A stretch of 64,000 nt of DNA from an uncultured Thermodesulfobacteriota bacterium (GTDB lineage Bacteria; Desulfobacterota; DSWW01), in contig CAYZMM010000017.1 in assembly GCA_964479535.1 (NCBI GenBank), positions 15,995 through 79,994 on the forward strand. Reading direction: 5' to 3'. The notes beneath the pieces are model-generated. The model saw nothing but the letters and a program-made list of their open reading frames with translations, ran no database searches and was not told the origin of the DNA. Positions 47,614-57,672 of the stretch are shown one piece after another. Made by a program: the position numbers and the translations under genes. Positions within the stretch are counted from its first letter, which is position 1; every line of letters starts with the position of its first letter.

Positions 47614-48771
47614 TCATCCGGAGCCGACAGGGCCGGCCGGCCCTCTCAGACCGGCGTCCGTAAACACCGACTCCCACCTGCGGAATTCCTTTTCGTCCGG
47701 GAATTCCGCCCCACCGGACGAGCCGGCCTCCATCACTGCCTCGACGAAGAGTCCCAGGTTCAGCAGCATCAACAGGAGCAGACACGCTGCACGAAACCTG
47801 TCGGAGAGGACCAGGGCGAGGGGCTCCCCTTTGTCCGGGCGCACCTCGCGAGGCCCTTCCCCGGCTCCGGGCCTCATGGTCCATCCCTCCGTGCAGAGGC
47901 GGTCGGCAGCCGTCTCCAGTTCGCTTCGATGGGTCCCGAGGATCCACAGGCCCTCCAGGGCGCCCGCAAGGGCCGCGGGGCTCTCGTACCGCTCGTCCGG
48001 ATCCTCGTCGAGGGCGCGGAGGAGGATTTGATCGAGCGCCCTCGGAAGGCCCGGGCGAACTCGGGTCGGCCTGACGAAGCAGCCCGTCGGCGCTCGAAGG
48101 GTCAACAGGCCGTAGAGGACGGCGCCGACTCCATACACATCGACCTGTTTCTGAAGGGGACCGTATGCTTCGAACTCCGGGGAGGCGTAGCAGGCCGCCT
48201 CCTCCTCCAGGCCCTCGAGCGGGTAGCGTACCGCCCGCAGCATGGTGCGAACCCCGATGTGGCCAATCCTCGGGTAGAAGGCGATCGGCCCCTCGGGCCA
48301 TGGCTCCAGATAGATATCCAGCGGGTGCAGGAATCCGTGCACCGTGGATTGATGGACACCCTCCAGGGTTCGACAGAGGAGCCAGCAGAGGCCCAGCGCC
48401 TCACGGTCGGAGAAGGGCTGATTCCGTCTCCTCCTCTCCCGAAGGACGCAAGCGAGGGAATTCCCGCCGGGGGGCTCCTCGACGAAAAAGAACAGATCCT
48501 CTTCCTCACCGACGGAGAGAAGGTTCACCAGGAAGGGGCTGGAGACCCGGCGGAGCTGCTCTGCCAGGAAGGCGAGCTGTGCGCGGGCCTGCGGAAAGTT
48601 CCGGAACAGGGCCCTGGGAAACGTGGAGAGAAGGACCCCCCTGTCTTCCTCCAGATCGTACGCCTTCGTCAGACAGAAGACCCTCTCGTGGCGCACGCTG
48701 TTGAAGACGTGGTAACGCCCCGCAACACAGCGGCCGAAGCGCAGGTGGGGATCGAAGGGGACCGAATCCAA
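47614..48771 (-). CDS. Membrane-anchored Ser/Thr kinase-like protein, predicted pseudokinase
   Basis: The kinase C-lobe is kept (YASPEF, DVYGVGAVLYGLLT, RALDEDPDERY). HRDLKPxN is replaced by HGFLHPLDI, DFG by IGHIG, and there is no glycine loop. C-terminal TM. Confidence 0.7.
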   Translation of the reverse strand: MDSVPFDPHLRFGRCVAGRYHVFNSVRHERVFCLTKAYDLEEDRGVLLSTFPRALFRNFPQARAQLAFLAEQLRRVSSPFLVNLLSVGEEEDLFFFVEEPPGGNSLACVLRERRRRNQPFSDREALGLCWLLCRTLEGVHQSTVHGFLHPLDIYLEPWPEGPIAFYPRIGHIGVRTMLRAVRYPLEGLEEEAACYASPEFEAYGPLQKQVDVYGVGAVLYGLLTLRAPTGCFVRPTRVRPGLPRALDQILLRALDEDPDERYESPAALAGALEGLWILGTHRSELETAADRLCTEGWTMRPGAGEGPREVRPDKGEPLALVLSDRFRAACLLLLMLLNLGLFVEAVMEAGSSGGAEFPDEKEFRRWESVFTDAGLRGPAGPVGSG

Positions 48772-48945
48772 CGCCCATGCCCTCCCATGATGAGATGAGC
48801 AACAGATCTATTTTATATTATAGAATATATTGTGTGAAAGGTTCAACCGCGCAGCCCCCCCTTGAGTCCCCTACCCCGGATGAGGTAGGCATGGGGGCAG
48901 CCTTCTGCGACCGGAAGGCATCTTACAAACATCGGGGACTGCCGG

Positions 48946-49545
48946 ATGCGTGCACTTACATGGCCACTGTTTCTCCTTGTCGCGCTTTCCCTGCTTTCTC
49001 TTCCGGGCTGGAAAGCAGGCGGACGGCCCAAGCGGGAGCCCTCTTCCGAAGGCCTGCCCTCGAGGGGCTATCGAGTCGACAAGATCGAGCAGCGAAAGAC
49101 AGAAGCGATCTCGTGGCTGCGCGTGGAGGTGGTCGCGGACACGGGTCCCGAGGAGGCCTGGGAAGCCCTGTCGGACATCGAAGGGTGGGCCCGTCATCTC
49201 CGTATCTTCACCCGCATCACCCCCGTGGCGAAGACGGAGACGATGACCCGCTACAGCATGTCCGTCTCCCCCCCCTGGCCCATCCGTGACTTCGAATCGG
49301 TCATCTGGTTGGCCGTTCTGCCGAATCAGCGCCTGATGATCTGGAGGTCGGACAAGGACGACCTGTTGAAAAGCCACGGAAGGATCGAGGTGAAAGAGAT
49401 CAGGGGCGGAACCCGGGTGAGCTATGAAATGCACTCCCCTGCGAAGTCGTTCTATCCCCCGTGGATGATACGAATCGGCCTCTATCTGATCCTGCCGGGC
49501 ATCGCGCAGGATTTCTACACCCTGATCGACGGTCAGGACGGCTGA
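48946..49545 (+). CDS. SRPBCC (START-like) family protein with signal peptide
   Basis: Signal peptide, then EAWEALSDIEGWARH... typical of the polyketide-cyclase/SRPBCC fold. Confidence 0.7.
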   Translation: MRALTWPLFLLVALSLLSLPGWKAGGRPKREPSSEGLPSRGYRVDKIEQRKTEAISWLRVEVVADTGPEEAWEALSDIEGWARHLRIFTRITPVAKTETMTRYSMSVSPPWPIRDFESVIWLAVLPNQRLMIWRSDKDDLLKSHGRIEVKEIRGGTRVSYEMHSPAKSFYPPWMIRIGLYLILPGIAQDFYTLIDGQDG

Positions 49546-49566
49546 GCGGGCGGCACCCGGAAGCCC

Positions 49567-50214
49567 TCAGGGCTTCAGGATCTCGGCCGACAGGATCAGG
49601 ACATCCTCCTTCGGTACATCACGGTAAGGGCCGTTCGTTCCGGTAGGCGTCTTTTCGATCTTCCGCACGACATCCATTCCCTCGACCACCTTGCCGAAAA
49701 CGGCGTATCCGTAGCCCCGGGCCGACGAATCACGGTGATCCAGGAAGGCATTGTCCGCGCAGTTGATGAAGAACTGGGCCGTTGCACTGTCCACAGCGGA
49801 GGTCCTGGCCATGGCAACCGTGCCCGTCTCGTTCTTCAGCCCGTTGGTCGCCTCGTTCTTGATAGGGCCTCGGGTCGGCTTCTTCTTCATGCCGGGCTCC
49901 ATGCCGCCGCCCTGAATCATGAAACCGGGAATCACGCGATGGAACAGGGTACCGTTGTAGAACCCGTCCTTCGCATACTGGAGGAAGTTCTCCACCGTGA
50001 CCGGGGCGCGCTTCCGGTCCAGCTCCAGCACGATCCTGCCCATGGAGGTCTTCAGGGCAACCCGGGGCTTGTCGCTCTTCGTGGCCGGTTTCGCTTCGGA
50101 GGCTTTCTCCGGTTCCTGACCCGTCACGCCTTGTTCGCCCACACAGCAGAAGACCAGCGCAGCCGCCAGGGTGACGGCGAAGAGGCCGGCCATCCTCTTT
50201 CCTGTCGAAACCAT
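49567..50214 (-). CDS. Cyclophilin-type peptidyl-prolyl isomerase, exported
   Basis: [14 protein letters not shown] and TVAMARTS motifs, with an N-terminal signal sequence. Confidence 0.95.
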   Translation of the reverse strand: MVSTGKRMAGLFAVTLAAALVFCCVGEQGVTGQEPEKASEAKPATKSDKPRVALKTSMGRIVLELDRKRAPVTVENFLQYAKDGFYNGTLFHRVIPGFMIQGGGMEPGMKKKPTRGPIKNEATNGLKNETGTVAMARTSAVDSATAQFFINCADNAFLDHRDSSARGYGYAVFGKVVEGMDVVRKIEKTPTGTNGPYRDVPKEDVLILSAEILKP

Positions 50215-50399
50215 AGGTTGTCCTCCACGCTTTCCAGATCCTTTAAGGCCGCAACAGAGACCCTATGGTGGAGGGTCATGGGCCGTTTGTCAACCTGCGG
50301 ATTCGGCCGAGGCGCACCATTTCGTTGATTTCTTCCCCGCCTTCCGATAGGGTCCTTTTCCATGTCGCCCAAACGAACGGAGACGGGACAGGGGATTGC

Positions 50400-50687
50400 A
50401 TGATGAAGAAGGACCGCGACCATGTGGTGGTGACGGTCGTCGGCACAGACAAGGTGGGCATCGTTGCCAAGATCAGCGGGCTCTTCGCCAGGCACGACGT
50501 GAACATCATCGACATCTCCCAGACCCTCATGGGAGACCTGTTCACCATGATCATGCTCGTCGACCTGGCAAAGGCGGACATCGGGCTGGATGATCTGACA
50601 AAGAAGCTGGACCGGTTGAGCAAACGGATCGGCGTACGGATCATCGTTCAGCACGAACGCATCTTCCGCTTCATGCACAGGATCTGA
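50400..50687 (+). CDS. ACT domain protein (UPF0237)
   Basis: VVTVVGTDKVGIVAKISGLFARHDVNIIDISQT. Immediately precedes its usual UPF0210 partner. Confidence 0.85.
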   Translation: MMKKDRDHVVVTVVGTDKVGIVAKISGLFARHDVNIIDISQTLMGDLFTMIMLVDLAKADIGLDDLTKKLDRLSKRIGVRIIVQHERIFRFMHRI

Positions 50688-50690
50688 GCC

Positions 50691-52052
50691 ATGGGCTTCG
50701 AAACCGAAGAGATCATTGAAACCATACAGATGATCGAGTCCGAAAACCTGGACATCCGCACGGTAACGCTGGCCGTGGACGTGCAGGATTGTGCCCACAG
50801 CGACCCGGGAGTGGTCGGCGGAAGACTGCGCAAGAAGCTGCTCCGCATCGGAAGTGGGCTCGTCGAGGCAACGAAGAAGGTCGAGTCCCGGTTCGGAATT
50901 CCGGTGATCAACAAGCGCGTTTCCGTGACCCCTGTCTCCCGGGTTCTCCTGTCGAACAGAAGACAGGATTTCGTGCGCGTGGCCGGCGCCCTGGACGAGA
51001 TCGCCGAGGCGCTGGAAGTGGACTTTCTCGGAGGCTTTTCCGCCATGGTTCACAAGGAGGCCACGCCCCTCGACCTTGCCCTGATCGAGTCGATCCCCGC
51101 TGCGATCGGCAGCACCCGCGGCCTTTGCTCCTCCATCAACGTGGCCACCACCAAGGCGGGCATCAACATGGACGCCGTACTCCTCATGGGCAGGGTCATC
51201 CGTGATCTCGCGTACCGGACCCGGAAGGACGGGTCGGTCGGTGCCGCCAAGCTCGTCACCTTTGCCAACATCCCGGAGGACAACCCCTTCATGGCCGGTG
51301 CCACCGTGGGGTGGGGCGAAGGGGAGGCGACGATCAACGTGGGGGTTTCCGGACCGGGAGTCGTTCGGTCGGTGGTTGCCAAGATGAAGGATGCGGACCT
51401 GGGGGCCATGGCGGAAGAGATCAAGAAGACCGCCTTCAAGATCACCCGGATGGGAGAGTTGATCGGCCAGGAGGTTTCCAGGACCCTGGGCATTCGCTTC
51501 GGAATCGTGGATCTGTCCCTGGCCCCTACTCCCCTCGTGGGGGACAGCATCGCGAACATCCTGGAGGAAATGGGCCTGGAGTCCTGTGGTGCCCCCGGAT
51601 CGACGGCCGCACTCGCCATGCTCAACGATGCTGTGAAGAGAGGAGGCTCCTTCGCCTCCTCGCGGGTGGGCGGCCTGTCGGGTGCCTTCATCCCGTATTC
51701 GGAGGACGCGGGCATGGTGGCGGCCGTCGAGCGCGGGTCCCTGACCCTCGACAAGCTCGAGGCGATGACCGCGGTCTGCTCCGTGGGCCTGGACATGGTG
51801 CTCCTGCCCGGGGACACGCCGGTGGAAACCCTGGCCGGCATCATCGCGGACGAGTGCGCCATAGGCATCAGCAACAACAAGACGACGGGCTGCCGGCTGA
51901 TCCCGGTCCACGGGGCCTCCCCGGGTGCCCGTGTCGACTTCGGCGGTCTTCTCGGCTCCGGCAGGGTCATGGAGGTGAGCCGATTCTCTTCCGCCGGTTT
52001 CGTCCGCCGCGGAGGGCTCATCCCCGCCCCGCTCTCGGCTCTCACGAACTGA
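50691..52052 (+). CDS. UPF0210 / DUF711 (PFL-like) family protein
   Basis: [20 protein letters not shown]... and a C-terminal GGLIPAPL...LTN are typical of UPF0210. Confidence 0.9.
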   Translation: MGFETEEIIETIQMIESENLDIRTVTLAVDVQDCAHSDPGVVGGRLRKKLLRIGSGLVEATKKVESRFGIPVINKRVSVTPVSRVLLSNRRQDFVRVAGALDEIAEALEVDFLGGFSAMVHKEATPLDLALIESIPAAIGSTRGLCSSINVATTKAGINMDAVLLMGRVIRDLAYRTRKDGSVGAAKLVTFANIPEDNPFMAGATVGWGEGEATINVGVSGPGVVRSVVAKMKDADLGAMAEEIKKTAFKITRMGELIGQEVSRTLGIRFGIVDLSLAPTPLVGDSIANILEEMGLESCGAPGSTAALAMLNDAVKRGGSFASSRVGGLSGAFIPYSEDAGMVAAVERGSLTLDKLEAMTAVCSVGLDMVLLPGDTPVETLAGIIADECAIGISNNKTTGCRLIPVHGASPGARVDFGGLLGSGRVMEVSRFSSAGFVRRGGLIPAPLSALTN

Positions 52053-52160
52053 TGCGCGAACCGGATCGAGGACAGCATGCCTGCGCGGTTTCGCGCCTTC
52101 GTCCATTCCGTCCGGGGAGCGGAGGGGCCTGATCCCGGATCCCTGACCCCTGCAATCCGG

Positions 52161-52190
52161 TTGACGGGGCTTCATCCCCAGACCTATACT
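52161..52190 (+). promoter_or_regulatory. Sigma-70-like promoter TTGACG-N18-TATACT
   Basis: 5/6 match at both hexamers. Lies ~65 nt upstream of the GTG at 52256. Confidence 0.4.
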
Positions 52191-52255
52191 GACTTGGCTC
52201 TGTCCAATGATTGTCAACTCGGCACAACGCCTTCTCTTTTCCCGGGAGGAAGACC

Positions 52256-53425
52256 GTGCGATTCACCGGATGGTTCGTCTTCTGGCTGTGCATGCTTCTC
52301 ACGCACCTGGTCGGCTGCGGGGATTACTGCCTCTTCTGCGAGGGCCAGGGCAGCGGGGGTGGCAACGGCGATGAGGCGGAAGAGGTCTGTGACAATGCGT
52401 TTTCCGGGCTGGCAGAGTACCAGGCCGCTCTCAACGTGAATACGATCCACACGTTCACTGCAGATAGGGACGGCAACGACCGTCTGTCCATCGCGGTCGT
52501 TCCCCGGGGGATGTCCTTCGAATACGGGTCGAACCGGACCGCGAATCCCGGCGATGTGGTGGCGGCGGACCAGCTCGAGAGCGAAATCTACGTCTTCGAT
52601 GAGCCGGATCAGGATCAGACCGTACTGCTCACCGGGTTCGAAGGCGTCTCCGGCCTCGCCCTTCTCCGGCAGCAGAAGGAAGACGAGACCTTCGTCGATC
52701 TCCTGTTCTTCACGGTAGAGACGGACGACGCGCTCTACGTCCACGACCTCGGGACGTCCGGTGATCCCTCCTCCATCACGAGTCAGGACGTTGACAGCGT
52801 CTTTTCCGGCCGGGGGGACTTCTTCGAGTCGCCCACAGCGATCTCCGTGAGCGGCGGCCCGGAAGAAGTGATCGTCTTCGTCCTGAACGACAACGTTACC
52901 GACAGCAGCGTGCGAAGGCTCCACCTGGATCTCGACTCCAGGGATCCGACCGCCGCGAGGACCATCGCCACGAAGACGGTCACCTCCCGCCCCTTGATGG
53001 ATATCGCCTACTTCGGAGAGACGGACGCGCTCTTCGTGAGCAAGAGGACGGTGGACGAGGTTCCTCTGAGTGGATGGGTCTATCGGATCAGCGACGCTTC
53101 CGATCGCACGAGCGAGGTGGATCTCGACCTCGACGCTGACTTCATAGACGAGCTGAGGCCGTTCACGGGACTCGCCACGGCTTTTACGAACGCCGAGGGC
53201 ACGACGGCGGATCTGCTCGTGTTGCGGGAAGAGGAAGGCTCGGTCGAGCAGTACGACACGGTCGGACAGGGATCGTTCGAGACCTCTTTCTTCCTCGGGG
53301 CGGCTGCTCCCTATCCCCAGGCCGTCGCATACGACTGCACGAACGAGAGACTCCTGGTGACGAACATCCCGTTCGATCCCTTCGACAACCGAAGGACACT
53401 GCTCGAGGCCCTCCCCTCTCCGTAA
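52256..53425 (+). CDS. Acidic lipoprotein, unknown function (possibly beta-propeller-like)
   Basis: GTG start after GGGAGGAAG. Signal plus lipobox (VRFTGWFVFWLCMLLTHLVGC). Asp/Thr-rich repetitive body. Confidence 0.6.
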   Translation: MRFTGWFVFWLCMLLTHLVGCGDYCLFCEGQGSGGGNGDEAEEVCDNAFSGLAEYQAALNVNTIHTFTADRDGNDRLSIAVVPRGMSFEYGSNRTANPGDVVAADQLESEIYVFDEPDQDQTVLLTGFEGVSGLALLRQQKEDETFVDLLFFTVETDDALYVHDLGTSGDPSSITSQDVDSVFSGRGDFFESPTAISVSGGPEEVIVFVLNDNVTDSSVRRLHLDLDSRDPTAARTIATKTVTSRPLMDIAYFGETDALFVSKRTVDEVPLSGWVYRISDASDRTSEVDLDLDADFIDELRPFTGLATAFTNAEGTTADLLVLREEEGSVEQYDTVGQGSFETSFFLGAAAPYPQAVAYDCTNERLLVTNIPFDPFDNRRTLLEALPSP

Positions 53426-53448
53426 CTGCGCCCCAACCGTCCTGCCGC

Positions 53449-55836
53449 TCAGCCGGGTGCGACCGGACCTGACCCCTGATCCCTGCCCCCCGGCCCCTGC
53501 TTCTCCCCCTTCCGAATCGGCTTCGTCACCATGAGGAGAACGGGCAGCAGGACCAGATCCCCCAGCAGGGCACTGACCATGGTAACGGCCATGAGCAGAC
53601 CGAAATAGATGATCGGCCGGAAATGGGAGAGGACGAGCACGGAAAACCCGATGGTGAGAACGAAGGAGGTCAGGAAGAGCGCGCGGCCCGTGGAGGTCAG
53701 GCTGCGGTGGGCGGCTACCGTTTCGTCCGGCTCGTTCCGGTACTCCTTTCGAAATCGGACCATGTAGTGAATCGTATCATCCACCGCAATCCCGATGGCG
53801 ACACAGGAGATCACAGCGGTGGCGGTGTTGATGGGAATGCCCAGCCACCCCATCAGCCCGAGGGTCATCAGGATGGGGATTGCCGTCGGGATCATCGAAA
53901 GAAGGCCGAGGGGGACCGACCAGAGCAGTGCCGTCATGATCATGGAGATGAGCACGAGGGCGAGGGCCAGGCTCTGGGTCTGCCCCCTCACGATTGCGTC
54001 GATCGACTCGGTGACGAGTACCGAGATACCGGTCACGCGAACCTCTAGCTCCGGGAATCCCGTTCGGACGTGTTCCCTGACCTTCTCGATGAACCGGTCC
54101 ATCTTCGCCGAACTGACCGTCTTCAGCCGGGAGACCAGGACGGCCCTCTCGTAGTCGTCATCCACGTAGCGGGCCAGATTCTCCGGCTCCCCGCTCATGG
54201 AATAGAGAAGCAGATACTGGGCGATCTCCTCCCGGCTTTCCGGCAGGCGATGGTGCTCCGGGCCGCCGCCCCGAAAGACCTGATTCATCCTCTTCAGCAC
54301 ATCCACGAGCGAGAAGCTGTCCGTCACGACCGGCATCGCCTCGAGGTAGGTCTGCAGGGCCTCGACCCGGGCCAGGTTCTCCGGCTCCTTCGCCTGGCCG
54401 TGGTGTCCGAAAGAGAAGACCACGTCCAGCGTGGACGTCCCCGTGAGGTGTTCCTCGATGTGGCGAACGGCCCTGACGAGGGGGTTGTTCTCCTTGAGAT
54501 ACTCGATCAGTGTGGTCTCCACCCTGAGCCGGAACACGCCGATCAGAGACAGGACGACCAACACGGAGGTGGCTACGAGGACGTGAGCTTTGTGGGACTG
54601 ATTGAACCGCGCGAGGGCGGCAAGCCCCCGGTCGAGGACGGCCGAGCCCTTTCGGTCTTCCCGGAGGAAGGCCCCTGTGGGCACCACGGACAGCAGGACG
54701 GGCACCAGGGTGATGGAAATCACGAAGGCCGCCAGTGCACCGAAGGAGGCGAGAAGCCCGAGGCTCCGGATGCCCTCGACACGACTCACCATCAGGGACC
54801 CGAACCCGATGGCGGTGGTCACGCTGGTGAGGAGACAGGGCGAAATGATATACGCGGTCGCCTCCCGAATCGCCTCTTCCCGGTTCGGATTCCTTTGGAG
54901 CTCTTCCCGGTAGTGAGCCAGGATGTGAACCGAGTCGGCCATGGCGATGACCAGGATGAGGGGGGGAAGGACGTTGGTGATGATCTCGACGGTCCGCCCG
55001 CAGAGAACGAGGAAGCCGAGAACCCAGATCAGACTCGCGAGGACGGTCAGCATCGGAAGAAGGATGCACCAGCGCGAACGAAACGAGACAAACAGCGTCG
55101 CTACGATCAGCAAGGCGATCATGGGAACGAAGACCCACTGGTCCTGCACCAGCATCGTGACCAGGGTGGTCGACACCACGGGGAATCCGGCCACGTAGAG
55201 TTCGATTCCCTCCTCCTCTTCCTCGCCGACCCACTCCAGGATCTTTCTCACGACGCGCTTCCTCTGTTCGGGGAACTCGTCACCCCAGAGATAGAGCTCT
55301 ACGAGGATGAGGGTGCACCGATCATCCGGTGACACGAGGTTACCGAGCACAAGGGGGTTCGCATGCACCCGCTCACGGAGCCCCTCCAGTCCGGAGGCGG
55401 TCGACGGCACCTCGGAGAAGAAGGGCTCGATCTCGATTCCTCCCGCGCTTTCGTGCACGTCGTTCACGCTCGAAAGGCTCAGCACCCTGCCCACGTTCGG
55501 GTCTCTACGGATCCGTTCGGTCAGCCGGACGATCGAATCGAGCGCCTCCCGTGTGAACACATCGTCCGCAAACAGGGCGATCAGGACGATCTCATCCGTA
55601 CCGAACTCCTCCACGTACTCGACGTAGTAAAGGGTGTCCGGGTGGCCCGCGACCACCATGCCCTCCGGCGAGATCTGGAAGACGATCCGGGGAATCTGAG
55701 ACGCAAAGAAGAGGGTCATCCCGATCAGTACGACCAGGATCAGCCAACGATGACGCAGGATCTTCCGGGCGAACCAACGGCTCGCGGGATGCACCTCCAG
55801 CACCTGCACCCTCCTTTCACCTGCATCCCTTTGCAC
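53449..55836 (-). CDS. MMPL/RND-superfamily transporter (HpnN-like, sterol-sensing-domain type)
   Basis: 795 aa with two 6-TM bundles, each preceded by a large loop. Conserved AMADSVHIL and GIAVDDTIHY motifs. Confidence 0.9.
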   Translation of the reverse strand: MQRDAGERRVQVLEVHPASRWFARKILRHRWLILVVLIGMTLFFASQIPRIVFQISPEGMVVAGHPDTLYYVEYVEEFGTDEIVLIALFADDVFTREALDSIVRLTERIRRDPNVGRVLSLSSVNDVHESAGGIEIEPFFSEVPSTASGLEGLRERVHANPLVLGNLVSPDDRCTLILVELYLWGDEFPEQRKRVVRKILEWVGEEEEEGIELYVAGFPVVSTTLVTMLVQDQWVFVPMIALLIVATLFVSFRSRWCILLPMLTVLASLIWVLGFLVLCGRTVEIITNVLPPLILVIAMADSVHILAHYREELQRNPNREEAIREATAYIISPCLLTSVTTAIGFGSLMVSRVEGIRSLGLLASFGALAAFVISITLVPVLLSVVPTGAFLREDRKGSAVLDRGLAALARFNQSHKAHVLVATSVLVVLSLIGVFRLRVETTLIEYLKENNPLVRAVRHIEEHLTGTSTLDVVFSFGHHGQAKEPENLARVEALQTYLEAMPVVTDSFSLVDVLKRMNQVFRGGGPEHHRLPESREEIAQYLLLYSMSGEPENLARYVDDDYERAVLVSRLKTVSSAKMDRFIEKVREHVRTGFPELEVRVTGISVLVTESIDAIVRGQTQSLALALVLISMIMTALLWSVPLGLLSMIPTAIPILMTLGLMGWLGIPINTATAVISCVAIGIAVDDTIHYMVRFRKEYRNEPDETVAAHRSLTSTGRALFLTSFVLTIGFSVLVLSHFRPIIYFGLLMAVTMVSALLGDLVLLPVLLMVTKPIRKGEKQGPGGRDQGSGPVAPG

Positions 55837-55970
55837 AAGAGGAAGCTCCCACGGCCGTCACGAAGGCTGTGAAGAAGTATCGGGTGACATGGCTCACCTG
55901 TCAATGGAAGAGACGAAGCCCGAACGAGCCGAGGCGGGAACAGGCGAGCGCCCTTAAAACCGGGGGCGTA

Positions 55971-56684
55971 ATGTGCTACTCTGCACCCATGGGAGCGTTC
56001 GTAAAGCATATCTACTGGCTCGACCCGATGGCTCACGGCGATGCCCTCGCCGAATTCCGCAAAGACAGGAAGCGTGTATACAGGGCCAGGCACACCCCTT
56101 GCCAGGCCCTTTACCCGCGAAGGGAAATCGCCCTGGTGGAGCCCGCCGTCTGGGATCTTCAGTGCCGTCGCCAGGGCGCCTGGTATCGTTCCTCCCGAAG
56201 GGAGGGACAGTCGCTGATCGTGACGAACCAGGCACTGGCCGGGCTCGTTCCCTGGGGAGAGGTGACCCTGGAGGGGTTTCAGCCTCCCAGGCTGGCAACG
56301 GACGAAGATGTCGTCGACATGCTGAACGACACCCGTGTTCCCGAGGTCCTGCCCGAGGGCTGGGGGGACTTCTCCCCCTGGGAGGTTCAGGCGGTCCGCG
56401 CCTATCTCTCTGCAGAGGAAATCGACCGATCCCTCCAGGAGGTCTTCTGCTACTACACGGCCAACCATTTGAATTTCCTCTTCCCCCGGTTCTTCGTGCA
56501 GCGGGGACAGGGCCCGGTCACCCCCTACTCGATCCAGAAGACGGCCCTCGTGTGCTCGGCATGTGTCGAGGCCTTCGGCATCCTGGGAGAGCCGTACCCG
56601 GTCAAGTATCTCGCCCCCTGCCCCGGTCTGAAGTACGTGAAACCAGCCCCGACCGAGTATCTGCGTGTAACACGGTCCTCTTAG
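55971..56684 (+). CDS. Hypothetical protein
   Basis: GC3-rich, protein-like composition on the plus strand. The overlapping minus-strand ORF 55740..56693 is Arg/Gly-rich shadow. Start is uncertain (GTG 55869, ATG 55971 or ATG 55989). Confidence 0.5.
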   Translation: MCYSAPMGAFVKHIYWLDPMAHGDALAEFRKDRKRVYRARHTPCQALYPRREIALVEPAVWDLQCRRQGAWYRSSRREGQSLIVTNQALAGLVPWGEVTLEGFQPPRLATDEDVVDMLNDTRVPEVLPEGWGDFSPWEVQAVRAYLSAEEIDRSLQEVFCYYTANHLNFLFPRFFVQRGQGPVTPYSIQKTALVCSACVEAFGILGEPYPVKYLAPCPGLKYVKPAPTEYLRVTRSS

Positions 56685-56714
56685 CCGCGGCACGGCCCCT
56701 TACACGGATCCTGC

Positions 56715-57410
56715 ATGCACAACGAACCAGACGAATACGAAAAGGCGGGGAAAACAGGACAGGGCACCCGGAGGAGTTCGGGGGCCCTGGTGGATGAAGA
56801 TCGGCTCAGCCGCTTTCTCTGGAACACCAACCGCCTCTACTGCAGAACACGGCATCGTTTCGTCTGGAAGGCGAAAGACCCCATCCCCCAGAGGGGGCCT
56901 GCCATCCTGGTCTGCAACCACCGCAGCAGCGTGGACCCCTTCATCCTCGCGGCGACCACCCGACGGGTGATCTCCTATCTCGTGGCTCAGGAATACTGCC
57001 GGATTCCGGGGTTTCGCTGGTTTCTGGATTGGATGCGATGCGTTCCGGTCCGCCGGGACCGCCGGGACGTGGGGGCGGTTCGAAGATCCCTCGCCGAGTT
57101 GAAGAACGGGAGGCTGCTCTGCATCTTTCCGGAGGGGGGAATCAGCCGAGGGTTCGACACCCCGCATCTCGGAATGGGCTATCTTTCCCTGCGGTCCGGG
57201 GCGCCTGTGATCCCGGCTTTCGTCTCCGGGACCCCCACGTCCGACTCCGTTTGGAAAGCCCTGTGCATGCGCTCCCGTTCCCGGGTGGCCTTCGGGGACG
57301 TCCTCCAACCTCCTCCGACGGGCACCCAAGGGATCGACCGGGGGCAACTGGTCAGCTGGACCCAACATCTAATGAAGGCGGTTGCTGATCTGCGTTCTTC
57401 GGAGAGCTAG
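56715..57410 (+). CDS. Lysophospholipid (1-acyl-glycerol-3-phosphate-type) acyltransferase
   Basis: NHRSSVDP (HX4D) and FPEGGIS motifs. Confidence 0.8.
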   Translation: MHNEPDEYEKAGKTGQGTRRSSGALVDEDRLSRFLWNTNRLYCRTRHRFVWKAKDPIPQRGPAILVCNHRSSVDPFILAATTRRVISYLVAQEYCRIPGFRWFLDWMRCVPVRRDRRDVGAVRRSLAELKNGRLLCIFPEGGISRGFDTPHLGMGYLSLRSGAPVIPAFVSGTPTSDSVWKALCMRSRSRVAFGDVLQPPPTGTQGIDRGQLVSWTQHLMKAVADLRSSES

Positions 57411-57672
57411 ACCGCTCGTAGCGCGAAGTTTCGTTGCCAGAGGGGGGCTTCGATTTGACCCACCGCACATTCTTCGATATTTTTCTTGAAGTCTGCCCGT
57501 CTGGCCTTTGTCGGCGCGAAGCGCAAAACGGAGATCCGCCCTTGATTCGAGGCCCCTGCGGAGTCCGTCCAGCCTTTCCCCCCTCTACCGTGCAGGAACG
57601 CCCGATCCGCGTCGCTTCCTCGAAGCCCCGAACCACCTGTGCCAACACACCCTTTCCAAGCCGGGAGTCACG

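Noticed and set aside
50385-50400. Sigma-54-like GGGACA-N5-TTGCA upstream of the ACT gene
   Set aside because: The -12 element abuts and overlaps the ATG at 50400, so transcription would start inside the gene. The -24 hexamer also matches poorly.
50124-52217. 697-aa minus-strand ORF
   Set aside because: It is the antisense shadow of the ACT and UPF0210 genes.
55740-56693. 317-aa minus-strand ORF competing with the plus-strand hypothetical gene
   Set aside because: It has an Arg/Gly/Leu-rich shadow-like composition. The plus-strand frame has GC3-rich codons and balanced amino-acid content. Neither has a recognisable domain, so the choice stays tentative.
57455-57483. TTGACC-N17-TATTTT as the pckG promoter
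   Set aside because: It is plausible, but the hexamer matches are weak and it lies 190 nt from the ATG, so it is not reported as a feature.
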